A stretch of 64,000 nucleotides of DNA, taken from assembly GCF_018350175.1 (NCBI RefSeq), contig NC_058375.1, positions 105,028,001 through 105,092,000 on the forward strand. Direction: 5' to 3'. How positions within the stretch are numbered: position 1 is the stretch's first letter; each line of letters begins with the position of its first letter. The notes beneath the pieces were generated by a model. That model ran no database searches and was not told the origin of the DNA. It saw nothing but the letters and a program-made list of their open reading frames with translations. A program made the position numbers and the translations under genes. Of the stretch, positions 9,056 through 21,404 are shown piece after piece. Origin of the DNA: Felis catus. Lineage: Eukaryota.

Positions 9056-10249
9056 GTAAGTTCACTCTCTCTCCCTAAGCTTTTGGGCCAGATCTTATAT
9101 CATAAGTGGGGTGGGAGAAAAGAAAAATGAGGAGTGGATGAGAGGTGCAATTTAATGGGGAGTAATAACACTCGTTTGTGCCAGAGTCCAGTGTTGGGGC
9201 GGGGTGGGGTGGGGGGTGGGGGGAATCTGGAAAGTAGAGCCAGAAGAAGGGGAGGAAAACAGAGTCCTGTCAGAGACAGCTGATGAAGATGGAACCCTTG
9301 ACACAGGGAGTCCCCACCAAGAGTCACGTCAGCTGTCTATCACCGCAGAGTTGGACAAGAGGGAGAGGGATTACAGTGAGGGTGGAGGAGAGAGGTGGGC
9401 TCTTGGAAGGCGGGGCACTCTGATACTAGTGAGGGAAGCTGGGGGATCTTCCTTCCCAGAGGGTTGGAGAAAACCCCTTGTATTAGTAAGGACACAGAAG
9501 TAGGGGGTGGCCTTTATGGTAGTGGAGAACTGGCTTCCCCTCAGGGACAGACTCCCAAAAGTAGCTTGGCTCCTTCCCTCCTTTGTTCCCAGTCTGCCAG
9601 GTACTCTCATTGTTTCCTTTTCCTCCAGATTTGTGTGTCATTGCCTGGGATTCAGGGAGAGCATTCAAGGAGCATAGGGAAGTGTTTAGTAGGAGGCCTG
9701 GAGACCTAATCATGTCAAAGCCACATATTTTTAGTCCTAGGAAGGAAGAAAAACTAATGTAGATGGGTCATTTAGTCCAGCTGACTCATTTGAAAAAAGC
9801 GATGGTTAGTGGCTTCTTCAGGGCTATTCCATTAGTCTGCAGCGAATCGGGAACTAAAACCCGAGTCCAAAAGCCTAAAGATGTATGTCTCCGTTCTGTG
9901 TGAGAAGATATCTCACAGATCGAATATGGTCTGCAGCATTCTCCAGAAGAGATTTGGAGTTCTTCATTTCTGGTATCTCTGCTTCCTACCTTTTTCAGCT
10001 TTAGGTCTTATTTTGGGTTTACAGAGTGTGAAGAGACACATTTTCTCTCTAGGAGTTCCTAAATTGAAAGGGCACAGAGTCACAAGCCTCAGCACAGATA
10101 TGGAGCCCCAAAGACTGAGAAGGGTTTAGAGGTACAGGGGCAGTGAGATAGTAAGGCCTTGGAGGGGAGGCAGAAAGCAAAGACATTGATAGAGCTGAGA
10201 TCAACTTCAGGTGTCCTTCTTTTGCTAAGGAGTTCCAGATGCCCCTTGA

Positions 10250-10384
<135 letters not shown>

Positions 10385-10792
10385 TAGGATGGATAGAGGT
10401 TTTGGGGATCCTTAGTTCTGAGACTTTGCCTTTCTCTTTGCAATTGGAACAACTAGATCAGAGGAAATTTGGCTATGAGCAAAGACCTTATCAAGGCTTG
10501 TGGCGTTATTTCTCAAGCCAGTGATTTTCAATTCTTTGGAAATGGGTTGAAACAATTTAAAAATTTTCAAATTTGTAAATTATTTTGGATACCAGATTGA
10601 AAATATAAATTCAGACACACTCACAAACATTTTTAACATTAAAGTTCGTTAGAATTAGATTACACCAGTAAATGTTACAACTTGAGCAAGTTGAAGTATT
10701 CGGAGCAATTTCTTCCTCTTTCCATTTCTAGACCTACTGCTACCTTTTTCCTTTGTCACTACTGATTTTTTTCTACTCCCCCCCCCCCCCAG

Positions 10793-10851
10793 ATGACTTT
10801 GGTGCAAATTTCACTGTTGATTACTCCATATTTGAATCAGAAGACAGACTG
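10793..10851 (+). CDS. C1orf54: C1orf54 coding exon 3
   Basis: ccag|AT ... CTG|gtgagt; (D)DFGANFTVDYSIFESEDRL. Confidence 0.9.
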
Positions 10852-11249
10852 GTGAGTGACCTCTACATCTAAAAGCATCAGAATAGGTAACAGTTAAAAA
10901 GAAAGTGGGCAATGTTGAACTGTAAATGATTAGCAAAAATAAAAATGAGTTAGGTGAAATGAAACTAGGTAGTGGGCCCAAAGCAGATTTGTTAACCACA
11001 GGTGGGGAGAATAAAGCCAGAACTTAGTAGGTTTGCTAAGACATTGAGAGGGAGGGGCAGTCCTTGAGTCAAGAGAATTGGTGAATGGAAATGGGTACAT
11101 AATCCATGCAAACAATAAAGTGGGGAGGACTCCTGAGCTTAAGTCTTGGGCAGTGGGGCGTGCAGGAGACAAGGCTTCTAAATAGAGAATCTATGAGGAT
11201 GTTGGATGGAGGCAATGATAACTCTGTTTCTTGATCCTACTGAGAGCAG

Positions 11250-11363
11250 AACAGGTTGGATAAAGAGGTAAGGGAAGGAGCGGAAACTACTACCATTAGT
11301 CACGAAACAGAACTTACAGACCATCAGGAGCCTGAAACATTGAAACCAATGACAATGGAACCA
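11250..11363 (+). CDS. C1orf54: C1orf54 coding exon 4 (Thr/Glu-rich stalk)
   Basis: gagcag|AAC ... CCA|gtaagt; NRLDKEVREGAETTTISHETELTDHQEPETLKPMTMEP. Confidence 0.85.
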
Positions 11364-12274
11364 GTAAGTGGATTGGGGATGGCAGGGTGGTGGGGGGAGG
11401 GTATGAGACATCTCCTAGCCCAGGACAGATCCCAGGGCTGGATACATAGAACAGGGGGAGGGCTGGAATAATAGGCTTGGGGGGGGGGGGTGGTGAGGAA
11501 CCAAATAACTAGTACACCAGTGCAGGTGCCCAGCTCAGCTTGGCCATCATACCTTTTGCTGAGATTCAATACTAACCTTGTATTCAGAAAACTGGGAAGA
11601 TTTGGTGCAGTTAAATTTTAGTTCAGTGATACTTAACGTGTATGAAACCTATGACTAAAGCTGTGAAGGATGCCGCTGCTGCTGCTGATGAAAAAGAAAT
11701 CTATGATGTTGTTATTGCCCTGAAAGTATTTATAAAACTCAAGTTTACACTTGCAAAACATTTCAAACAAAATGAAAATGTTTGTAACACTGTTAAATTA
11801 CATATAAATTTGAGAGCATAGGCAAATTTGAGGCAAGTGTTTTAGGCAGTAGAAGGACAGAGATCAGTACGAGCTGGAGTTGCCTGGAAGACTTTTAGGA
11901 GGTGACTATGCTTCAGATACACTTCGAAGGATAGGTGAGATTTTGATTGGTGGTTAAGTTGTGAAAGTATGAAAACAATTAGAGGGAAGAATAGAGAATG
12001 AAAGAGCCGAAGGGGTGAGGGGATGGAGCAACCATGCATGTCTAGTGGGTAGAGTATGATTGAAGGAGAAGGTATACGGGAAGGTACAGTGGGAAATTAA
12101 GAAAAAACAATTTAATTTACAAGGCTCCTAATATTTGCTTGGTAATTTCACATAGGGCAAGATAGGGCTGAATTACAGGAGAATCTGAAGTGTCAGGCTG
12201 AAGTTTGGACTTACAAGCCATGGGGAGCCTCGTAAGTTTTTCAGTGTAGTAAAGATACAGTGAAAATGGTATTT

Positions 12275-12485
12275 AAAAAAAATTTTTTAATGTTTATTTA
12301 TTTTTGAGACAGAGAGAGAGCATGAACGGGGGAGGCTCAGAGAGAGGGAGACACAGAATCTGAAACAGGCTCCAGGCTCTGAGCTGTCAGCACAGAGCCT
12401 GACGCGGGGCTCGAACTCAGGGACCGCGAAACCATGACCTGAGCCGAAGTCGGCCGCTTAACTGACTGAGCCACCCAGGCGCCCC
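12275..12485 (-). mobile_element. CanSINE (SINEC_Fc-like)
   Basis: TSD TGAAAATGGTATTT at 12261-12274 and 12486-12499. Confidence 0.95.
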
Positions 12486-13726
12486 TGAAAATGGTATTTT
12501 AGAAAAACTATTTGTCTGGTTGTATGCAGGATGCAGTGGAGTGGGGAGAAATGCATGAGACTTGCATCATTCCAGAAACAATCCATTAAAGGTTTGGACT
12601 AGGGAAGTAGCATTTTGAATGGAGAGGAGAAAAATAAGAAATATTTTGAAGAAAGTGCCTTGCTTCAGTGATAATTTCAGATGAGCAATAAATGAGGAGA
12701 ATGTTGAAATAAGTTTCAAATATGTATGTCTGCAAAAATGACTGACCAAAATGGGACCTGTGGAAGGAAGGTCAGAGTGGTTTAGGACTGAAGTTATAAA
12801 TTTGGTATTGGACAAGCTGAATTTATGGTGACAGCCCTATGAGGGTGTCCTAAAGGTAGCTGAACTAGGTCAGAGCTACAGTCCTAAGTGCAAAGCCACA
12901 TTTACGGAAGTAGATGAGCTCAACAGAGCCAGTACACAGAAAACCAAAAGGCCAATGAATGTGCCTATAGCTAGTAGAAAGAGGACAAGGAATCAACCGA
13001 GAAACTGTGGAAGTGACTGGAGAGGCAGATAGCCAAGTTTGTATTTTAGAATCTAGAAGATTTAATTTAATATAATCAATACAAAGCTACCAAGAGGCCA
13101 GAGAAAAGGAGGTCACCGGTAACCCCAAAGAAGAAAGTTTTAATTGAGTGGTTAAGCAAAAGGTTTTTGTGGAGTTAGAGAGGGAGTACATTGTGAAGAA
13201 GGGGAGGGAGAGTATAGGCCAATCATTTGAGAAATCTGATAATGAAAAAAGAGAAGCAAAGCTAAAAAGGGCAACAGGACCAAAGTGCAGCCTGAATATA
13301 ATTGACCACAGATGGGAGGAATCAGTAGGAATGGAAAGCTGATTGATGACAAGGACGAAGAAATATTTTAAAGTATATGGTAGGCTCCATTTAGAGTGTA
13401 AACTCTTTGAAGAAAGGGGTCAGATCTTAATCACATTTACATCCCCCCTATAGCACCTAGCACATTGACTAACACAGTGTCAAGCCCATAACAGATAAAA
13501 ATGTGCATTCTTGAAGTGAGTTGAAGCTCCCTGGTATGGTCAGGAGGCTGAAAGGCACAGAGGAAAGGACTCCTTATGGTAATGGGGAGGAGAGATGGAT
13601 CCTTCTGTAAGCTCAGAGGAAAGGAAGACTGAGGTTGGTGTAAAGAGATGGCTATCCTTTCAGAGGGGGAGGGGGATGGTAGGAAGGATGACACTGGCCT
13701 ACCGTGGGGGGATGTCTGTATTTTAG

Positions 13727-13825
<99 letters not shown>

Positions 13826-14525
13826 AAGGTGAGAGTGCAGCCACTGGCCTTGGGGGAATCAGTGAACTAATTTTTTTTTACCAGTATCTCTGGCTAATGT
13901 TTCCAGCCTGGTCAGTTCTCAGCTACTTAAAAGGAAGAAGGATCTCGTTTAGAAAAATCTTATCTAATTTCAAAGAGGTTTAGGAAATGTTGAGGCAGAG
14001 ACTTTTCAAACAAGAGTCGTTACTTTTTCTGAACTGGGAGGACTTCAGCACCTTGTACAGCAGAAGCAGATGAAATAGAGAAAAAAACCTCTCCAGATTT
14101 CCAGTCTGCCTTGAGGAATCAAAGCTGGTTCCAGCCAGGTGGTTCAAGATATGGCGGTTGCCAGAGGGCATAATGGGAGGGGCCTTACAACCTGGCAGAG
14201 TCTAGAGGCAAAGTTCAGAGGCTGTAGGGGTGGTGGTTGGTTCCCTAAAGTAGAGCACAGATGGTGGAGACAAAAGGAGGGAAAAGAGGCCTGTACTATA
14301 GGGAAGGAATTTAAAATTGGGATTCTAAATAATGGGGGGTGTGTGTGAAGAGATTTAGCAGAGTAAGGAGTGAGCAAGGGAGGGGACACATCTTCCAGGA
14401 GACGTCAGGGGGAAATCTAGCTTGGAATCTGAAATATGGGGAGTTTTCTTAGAGGTGGGGGGCCCGGAGGGGCGCTTCCTCAGCCACCTGAGCCTGGTGT
14501 TTTTCCCTTTCTTTGCTTTTTTTAG

Positions 14526-14610
14526 GAAAAAGAAGGCTGCTACAAATCTTTGGATGGGGATTTGGGAAGAGGAATTTGGAAGATAAATAAATGAAATAAT
14601 CTGGTTACTC
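14526..14610 (+). other. C1orf54: C1orf54 terminal non-coding exon with AATAAA (14586-14591)
   Basis: Long polypyrimidine tract plus tttag| acceptor at 14525, followed by AATAAA; the 3' end is approximate. Confidence 0.7.
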
Positions 14611-15299
14611 TCTACTCCCTGAGAGGCTCTGTTCTAAACTCACAACACTAAAGAGAGCACCAGGATATGGGGGGTAGGAAGGGTAGATTAGAAAGGGTGT
14701 CAGCTGGCAAAAGAATGAGAGGGAATAATTAGGACTGTGAATCAACCTGAAATTTTGTGAAGAATGGAGAAGAGCACCACAGACAATTCCGTCTAATTCT
14801 TTTATTACACATGGTTTTGAGGCTGTGTTTGGGAAAAGAGAGTTGAGGTTTATGTAGAACACTTTTTCCTTTTTGTATAATAAGCACATTGTTAAACATA
14901 TGTAAAATATTAAAAACTACTTAGAATAGATTTTTAAAATTCACACCCTCCTCCACTCACACCCCCCACCCCCCACAATGTGCCTTTTCCAGTGCGTAAT
15001 TAGGGCAGGCAGGGACACATTTTAATTTTCTCTATCCTCGAGACCCTAATCAGAACTGGGCTGCCCCCTTGCGGTCTCTTCGGTGTCTCACCTTCCATGA
15101 GCAAACCGTCCCTGAGCCCCTATCCCCTTCTCCGCACTGTACTTTCAGTACTACAGGGGGCAGCGAATAGTCCATTACGGACTCTGTGAACTCCGAACTT
15201 ACCACCCTCCCTCCTTCCAAGCCTTCCGAATCTTCTCCAGGGTACAAATAAAGGAAATGAAGGTATGTATCATCTAGGAAATCAGGGACCTACCCATAC

Positions 15300-16660
15300 T
15301 CCGTTCTCTACGTTAGGGAACACGGAATTCAGGGCGCAAGGCCGGAGGAGCCTGGATAGAAAAGTCAGGAACACCCGAGCTCAGCTTTGACCTCTACAGT
15401 CGTGGCCGACTGGCATCTGAGCTGGTAACGTGCGTGGCGGGTTATGTAAGGAAAGGGCCGGAGGAGCCGCCCCAGTGGGAGTCTGGGAGAGGACGCGGTG
15501 TTCTCGGCGGCAGTCCCCACCCTCTTCACCCAGCAGGGCAGGAGGCACCCAACTTGTAGGAGGAGGAGGCGGGGAAAGGGAGCCAGAGATCGGAGAGTCA
15601 CGAGGGCCGCGCGGCCCAGAGGGGGGAGACTACACAGTAGCATACAGCCATTCTCTCACACACGTTGCAGACCCAAGTTGCTGCTGGCTTCCACGTGCTG
15701 CCCTCGTGAGCGGAGGCTCTAACAGCTGGAGGGGAGATAAAGGGGGAGGGGGGAGTCTGCTACCGAAGAGGAGCCCGGAGTCCCACATCCCCAGACGCGC
15801 GCCTCACATCACACACCCCGTCCGTGCACTCCAACCGCACGTCTCCTGCCCACCACCATCCTATTTAAGACCGCGGGCTCCGCCCTTTTCCACTCTTCTT
15901 CCACCCTCCGCCTTTTCTCCTCACCGGGTCCCGGTCGCGAGCCGCATGTAGGGGCGGAGCACGGAATCCTTCCCTTCCAGCCAATCGTCACCTAACTGGG
16001 TCTCTATTGGCCGAGCCCCTAGTAGGCTGTAGCAAATGGGATGTGAAAGTCAGTCGCGGGAGTCACGTGCCACCGGTTAGACAACCAATGAGAGTGTGAG
16101 GTCTGTGTTCGCAGGGGGAAGGCACGTGCCTCGCCGCACGTGTCTGGGAGGGGGAAGGGGCGGGACCCAGTGGGAGAGAGGCGGAGGTGGGTAGCGAGAG
16201 CGACGGAGTTGGAGAAGCCGGAGGCAGCCTGGGCTGAGCAGACCCGACGCAGGTGAGGAGGCTTGTAGAACGGGGAAGCCATCCGCGCGCGGGAAGATCA
16301 GACCCCGAGAGAGTAGGTTTAGGGACCGAAAGCAGAATTGGGCATTGGGAGGGATAGCATCACGTGGCAGGCGCGACTGTAGAGGGTCCTGGTGCAGGGC
16401 TCCGGATTGGAAAGATTGGAAAGAGGCGGGAGGTTCCTGTGGGGAGCAGGCCCTACAGGGTCACTAGGTGGCTTCGGTTACCTTACCGGAGATTTACGGT
16501 TCGGCTCGCCGTAGCCCTTGCTGCGGGGTTAGGTTGGGAACAGACCTGGCGAACAAATGTTCGGGGTGGGGAGACGGAAGGTGTCGAGTCAGGTAATTTA
16601 CTCTGAACAGAGGGAGGTAAGAACAGAGTCTGCGTCAGACTAAGTAAGGGCTGCTCTGCG
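15300..16660 (+). promoter_or_regulatory. CIART: CIART CpG-island circadian promoter (five CACGTG E-boxes, two E'-boxes, one D-box, CCAAT boxes)
   Basis: CACGTG at 15692, 16064, 16123, 16137, 16361; CACGTT/AACGTG at 15661 and 15427; TTATGTAA at 15442; CCAAT/ATTGG at 15981, 16006, 16085; candidate exon-1 donor CAG|gtgagg at 16252. Confidence 0.88.
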
Positions 16661-16910
16661 GAGCCCATAGGGGCAGTCCAGGTACTTAATTGAGGGGGGC
16701 AGGCGGAGGAGAGGACTTTGTCGGCTCTGAGACAGGTGATACTGGGGAGGAGAGAAGAGATCTTATCATCCCATGCAGTACACCCCAGTCTCCCAGGCCA
16801 TTTCCTAATTTTCAGATTATGGTGACATGCTCCCTTGCTTTGCTCTTCAGTTGCAGGTCCCGATCTTTGGGTACTCCGGGAGCTGCTCTCCAGCCCCTGC
16901 TTCTGAACCT

Positions 16911-17276
16911 ATGGATTCTCCATCTAGCGTTTCTTCCTGTTCTTCCTATTCTCTCTCTTCCTCTTTTTCCACCTCCCCAGTGAACAGTGACTTTGGTCTC
17001 CCCTCCGATAGTGAGGGGGAGGACAAAGGGGCCCATGGCCCCAGGCCAGACACTGTTGGGCAGAGGGGAGGTTCTCGGCCACGACCGGGTCCTATCCGCT
17101 GCAGGCAACGGCCCAAGGTCTCCAGCAACCAACATACAACATCTTACTTGGAACAGCGGGGCTTGGCCTCTCCTATGGCAGGATCTGGGGTCAAAAGATC
17201 AAGAGACGGTGAATTACAGACCACTGTAAACATCCAGGGTTGTATCACAGAAGGAGACCTGCTTTTTGCTCAGAAG
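16911..17276 (+). CDS. CIART: CIART (CHRONO, circadian-associated repressor of transcription), first coding exon
   Basis: MDSPSSVSSCSSYSLSSSFSTSPVNSDFG...EGDLLFAQK; AAG|gtaaga donor. Confidence 0.93.
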
Positions 17277-17421
17277 GTAAGAAAGAGCAGGGGAAAGGAG
17301 ACAATACTGGAATGGCTTAGCACCCAGATGGCTAGTAAGGACCCTGTGAAGTGGGGAATAACAGTACTGGTGTGTGGGCAATTCTCAGCCCTCCCATAGC
17401 CTTTGTCCTGTTTTCCTACAG

Positions 17422-17497
17422 TGTAAAGAGCTCCAAGGTTTCATCCGCCCTCTCACAGACCTACTGAATGGGCTGAAGATGGGTCGATTTGAGAGAG
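17422..17497 (+). CDS. CIART: CIART coding exon 2
   Basis: acag|TGT ... AGAG|gtaatt; CKELQGFIRPLTDLLNGLKMGRFER. Confidence 0.94.
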
Positions 17498-17752
17498 GTA
17501 ATTATTTGGTTAGTTGCAATTATTTGGGCTAGGTTCTCCTCTTTCTTTTTCTCTCTTGATGTTTTAAATGTGTATTTCTTTTAAATCTTTGCATTTAAAG
17601 CTTCATTTTTTTTAATCTTTACATTATTTCTTTTGTGCTTCTGTGATTTCATTTCTTTGGGTGAATCTATTTTAACCATGCTTTGTTCTTCCTTTACCTA
17701 ACTAAATTGTTGCATCTCAATCCTTCATGTCTTTCCTTCTCCCTGACCCCAG

Positions 17753-17831
17753 GATTGAGCAGTTTCCAGCAGAGCGTGGCAATGGACAGGATCCAGCGTA
17801 TTGTAGGTGTTTTGCAAAAGCCCCAGATGGG
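17753..17831 (+). CDS. CIART: CIART coding exon 3
   Basis: ccag|GA ... GG|gtgagt; (G)LSSFQQSVAMDRIQRIVGVLQKPQM(G). Confidence 0.94.
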
Positions 17832-17943
17832 GTGAGTTCTCCTGGTTCTTTCCTCAGTATTTCCTTAAAAGGAGATGTCCACAATCCTGTCTTGTTGCCT
17901 TTTTCACACTTGATGGCATTTTAAGTAAATGTCTTTCTCACAG

Positions 17944-18055
17944 GGAGCGTTACCTAGGAACCTTGCTACAGGTGGAAGGGATGTTAAAGACTTGGTTTCC
18001 TCGTATAGCTGCTCAGAAGTCATCCTTGGGCAGTAGCAGGCACAAACTGACCAAG
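17944..18055 (+). CDS. CIART: CIART coding exon 4
   Basis: acag|G ... AAG|gtaaga; ERYLGTLLQVEGMLKTWFPRIAAQKSSLGSSRHKLTK. Confidence 0.94.
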
Positions 18056-18267
18056 GTAAGAACATGTAAACCTGAGAGAGAAGTGGGGAAATAAGAGAAT
18101 GAAGTGTACATGGAGAGATGGGTTCTTTCTGTTTTCTTCTAAGTCTCTTCCTTTTTGCCAATAAGTTTCTTTTCACGGGAGGGAATGCCCAACGTTCCTT
18201 CATTGTCTTGATCCTTATATGGTTTTTGTTCTATTTTGTCTGTATCACTACAAAGAACTCCATGAAT

Positions 18268-20550
18268 GGGCACCTGGGTAGCTTGGTCAGCTAAGTGTCT
18301 GACTCTTGGTCTCACTTCAAGTCTTGTTCTCAGAGTCATGAGTTCAAGCCCCACATTGGGCTCCATACCGGACATGGAACCTACTTTAAAAAAAAAAAAA
18401 AAGCACTCCATGAAGTTTAACCTTATTCCTCACGTTTCAGCTTCTCTGCTTTCTGCATGGATACAGAGGACTTTTTTTAAATACTTTTTTTAAATGTTTA
18501 TTTATTTTTGAGAAAGAGCATGTGCACACATGTGTCGGGGGAGGGACGGAGGGAAAGGGAGACAGGATCTGAAGTAGGCTCCGTACTGTCAGCAAAGAGC
18601 CTGACTTGGGGCTCAAACTCAAGAGCCATGAGTCCACAACCTGAACTGAAGTCAGAGGCTTAACCAACTGAGCCACCCAGGTGCCTCTATAGAAGGCTTT
18701 TTACCTGGCCAAATGAGTTATGCAGTAAGAGTTTTTAGTTTTTCTTTACAAATCCTTTCTCCTGTGCTGCCCTGAAACCCTTCCCTTCTCTTTCTTTGTA
18801 CTCCTACCCAAGTACTTTGTTCCAAACCCTCTGGAAGTGTGGGTTTCAAAGACTGGTCATAACAAATACATCACCGAGAGGGTAGGAGGGCGGCCATGGA
18901 ACACCTATAGAAGGAGTGTTGGATAGATTTTTTTTTTTTTTTTGAGAGAGAGAGAGACAGAGCATAAGTGGGGGAGGGGCAGAGAGAGAAGGAGACAGAG
19001 AATCCAAAACAGGCTCCAGGCTCTGAGCTGTTAGCACAGAGCCCGACACGGAGCTCAAACTCACAAACTGTGAGATCATGACATGAGCTGAAGGCGGATG
19101 CTTAACCAAGTGAACTACTCAGGTGCCCCATGTTGGATAGATTCTTAGACTTAGTGTGGAAGTGACCCATTTTTTAAAACTTTTTATTTATTTCTGAGAG
19201 AGAGAGAGAGAGAGAGACAGAGTGAGCACGCTTTGGGGAGGGGCAGAGACAGAATCGCAAGCAGGCTGTACACTGTTAGTGCAGATCCCCACGCAGGGCT
19301 CAGTCTCACAGAACCATGAGACTGTGACCTGAGCCAAAATCAAGAGTTGGCCACTTAGCCAACAGAGCCACTGAGGTGCCCCTAGAAGTGACCTATTTTT
19401 TTGTGCCTTCAAACAACAGTGTGTTTATGGGGTACTCAAATGATGGGGAGGGGAAAGTCTCCTATAGATAATGGACAGTCCTTGTTTTCAATCAACCACA
19501 ATTATTATTGCTATGGGAATAACTCATTTAAAAATAAGCAGAGGGAGTGCCTGGGTAGCTCAGTCAGCTAAACCTCTGGCTCAGGTCATGATCTCACCAT
19601 TTGTGAGATCGAGCCCCAAGCCAGGCTCTGCACTGACAGCATGGAGCCTACTTGGGATTCTCTCCCTGTCTCTATCCTTCCCCTGCTTGTGTGTGCAGTG
19701 TGCATGCGCTCTCTTTTTTCTCTCAAGATAAATAAAACAAAAAAATTTTTTTAAATAAGCAGGAGGATTCTTGCCTGCATATTTTTAAACAATTTTTTTT
19801 AAGTTTATTCATTTATTTTGAAAGAGAGCACAAGTGGGGTAGGAGCAGAGAGAGAGGGAGAGAGAACTCCAAACACTATCAGTGCGGAGCCTGATGCAGG
19901 GCTTGAATTCACGAACTGTGAGATCATGACCTGAGCCAAGATAGAGAGTCAGACACTTGGAACGCCTGGGTGGCTCAGTCCGTTGAGCGTCCAACTTTGG
20001 CTCAGGTCATGATCTCACGGATCTTGGGTTCAGGCTGGAGCTGAGCTGTCAGCACAGAACCTGGAGCCTGCTTTGGATTCTGTGTCTCCCTTTCTCTTTG
20101 CCCTTCTCCAACTCACACTCTGTCTTTCTCTCTCTTTTTTAAAAACGAATAATCATTAAAAACAACAACAACAAAAAAAGAGCCACTCAACCGACTGAGC
20201 CACCTAGGCACCCCATTGCCTGCATATCAATTTATATTTCTTAAGCAATTCAACCAGAGGAAATGAAAAATTTTAAATATACAAATTGGGAAATGATGAT
20301 TCCAATTAAAAATAGGCTTGAAGTCAGGGCACCTGGGTGGCCTAGTCAGTTGAGCGTCGGACTTCGGCCCAGGTCATGATCTCGTGATCCTGTGCTTCAT
20401 GGGTTAAAGGCCCGCATTGGGCTCTGTACAGCTCGGAGCCTGGAGCCTGCTTCAGATTCTGTCTCTCTCTCTGTTTCTTTTTCTCTCTCTGCCTCTCTCC
20501 TGCTTACACTCAGTTTCTCTGTCTCCCAAAAATAAATAAATATTAAAAAC
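18268..20550. mobile_element. Cluster of about 8 CanSINEs in the last CIART intron
   Basis: Approximate copies: 18268-18402(+), 18485-18686(-), 18927-19129(-), 19172-19382(-), 19543-19750(+), 19790-20214(-) interrupted by 19959-20178(+), and 20327-20550(+). Confidence 0.9.
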
Positions 20551-20879
20551 AGCCTTGAAAAATAAGTTCTAAAATGAACTATTTTTTAAATAGTGAAACC
20601 TTACAGGACTGTTTTATTTTGCCCACCTGGATGTCCAGTGTTTGATATATATGTGGTACGTAACAGGCTTGCAAGTATTCGTCAAGTAAGTGAAAGTCTA
20701 ATTAGGTTACTAAAATTTTTACTTAATCATGGCCTGCCAGGAAATTATCTGTTGCATAAAACATGGTATGTTTGCCTTGCAGACAGAGTCCCCAAGGAAA
20801 GAAAAATTTTAAGCAACCAAGTGGAGTTCATCTGAGAGCTCTCTCACGTATTTTTTTTTCTCTTATGTCTTCCTTCTAG

Positions 20880-21404
20880 CATTTTCCAAGCCACCACAGC
20901 CATCCAGCTGCTTCCTCTCCTGCACCTCCCACGGAAAAGATGGACCAGACACAGCTAGGACATCTAGTGTTGAAATCGAAGCAGCCTTGGCACCTCACAG
21001 AATGGCCAGCCATGCACCTCACTTGGACCCACACCACTCCAATTTGCAACCCACCCCTCAGTTCCCCAGGTACCATTTCCCTGAGCCACAGTCCTTTAGG
21101 CACTGGAGCCAGCATCGGTATCATCCTTTTTGTCCAGCATGGAGTACAGCCCTTCACCCACTCTGCCCCAACCACTTCAGTTCTACCTGCTACAGCATCG
21201 CCTATCATCCCCAGTGCTCCTAAGAAACTCTCTGGAGAGGGACCTCCTTGCCACAGTTTGCCAGTAACTCTGCCATCAGACTGGAGCTGTACCCTGTCCC
21301 ACCCTGGTCTACCCACCATGGCCAGAGAGATGACTGGGAGACATCTAGAGCAGATGAGAAGCCATCCTTCAGTTGCCCCTGATGTCCATTCTCTCAACCC
21401 CTAA
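20880..21404 (+). CDS. CIART: CIART last coding exon (Pro/Ser/His-rich)
   Basis: tctag|CAT ...VHSLNP then TAA. Total CDS 1158 nt = 385 aa. ATTAAA at 21514 and AATAAA at 21893 downstream. Confidence 0.92.
   Translation, partial: HFPSHHSHPAASSPAPPTEKMDQTQLGHLVLKSKQPWHLTEWPAMHLTWTHTTPICNPPLSSPGTISLSHSPLGTGASIGIILFVQHGVQPFTHSAPTTSVLPATASPIIPSAPKKLSGEGPPCHSLPVTLPSDWSCTLSHPGLPTMAREMTGRHLEQMRSHPSVAPDVHSLNP

Noticed and set aside
15365-16668. ORFs across the CIART promoter
   Set aside because: CpG-island artefacts with no splice or homology support.
20876-21397. 173-aa antisense ORF over the CIART last exon
   Set aside because: Shadow of the sense coding exon; no independent promoter or homology evidence.
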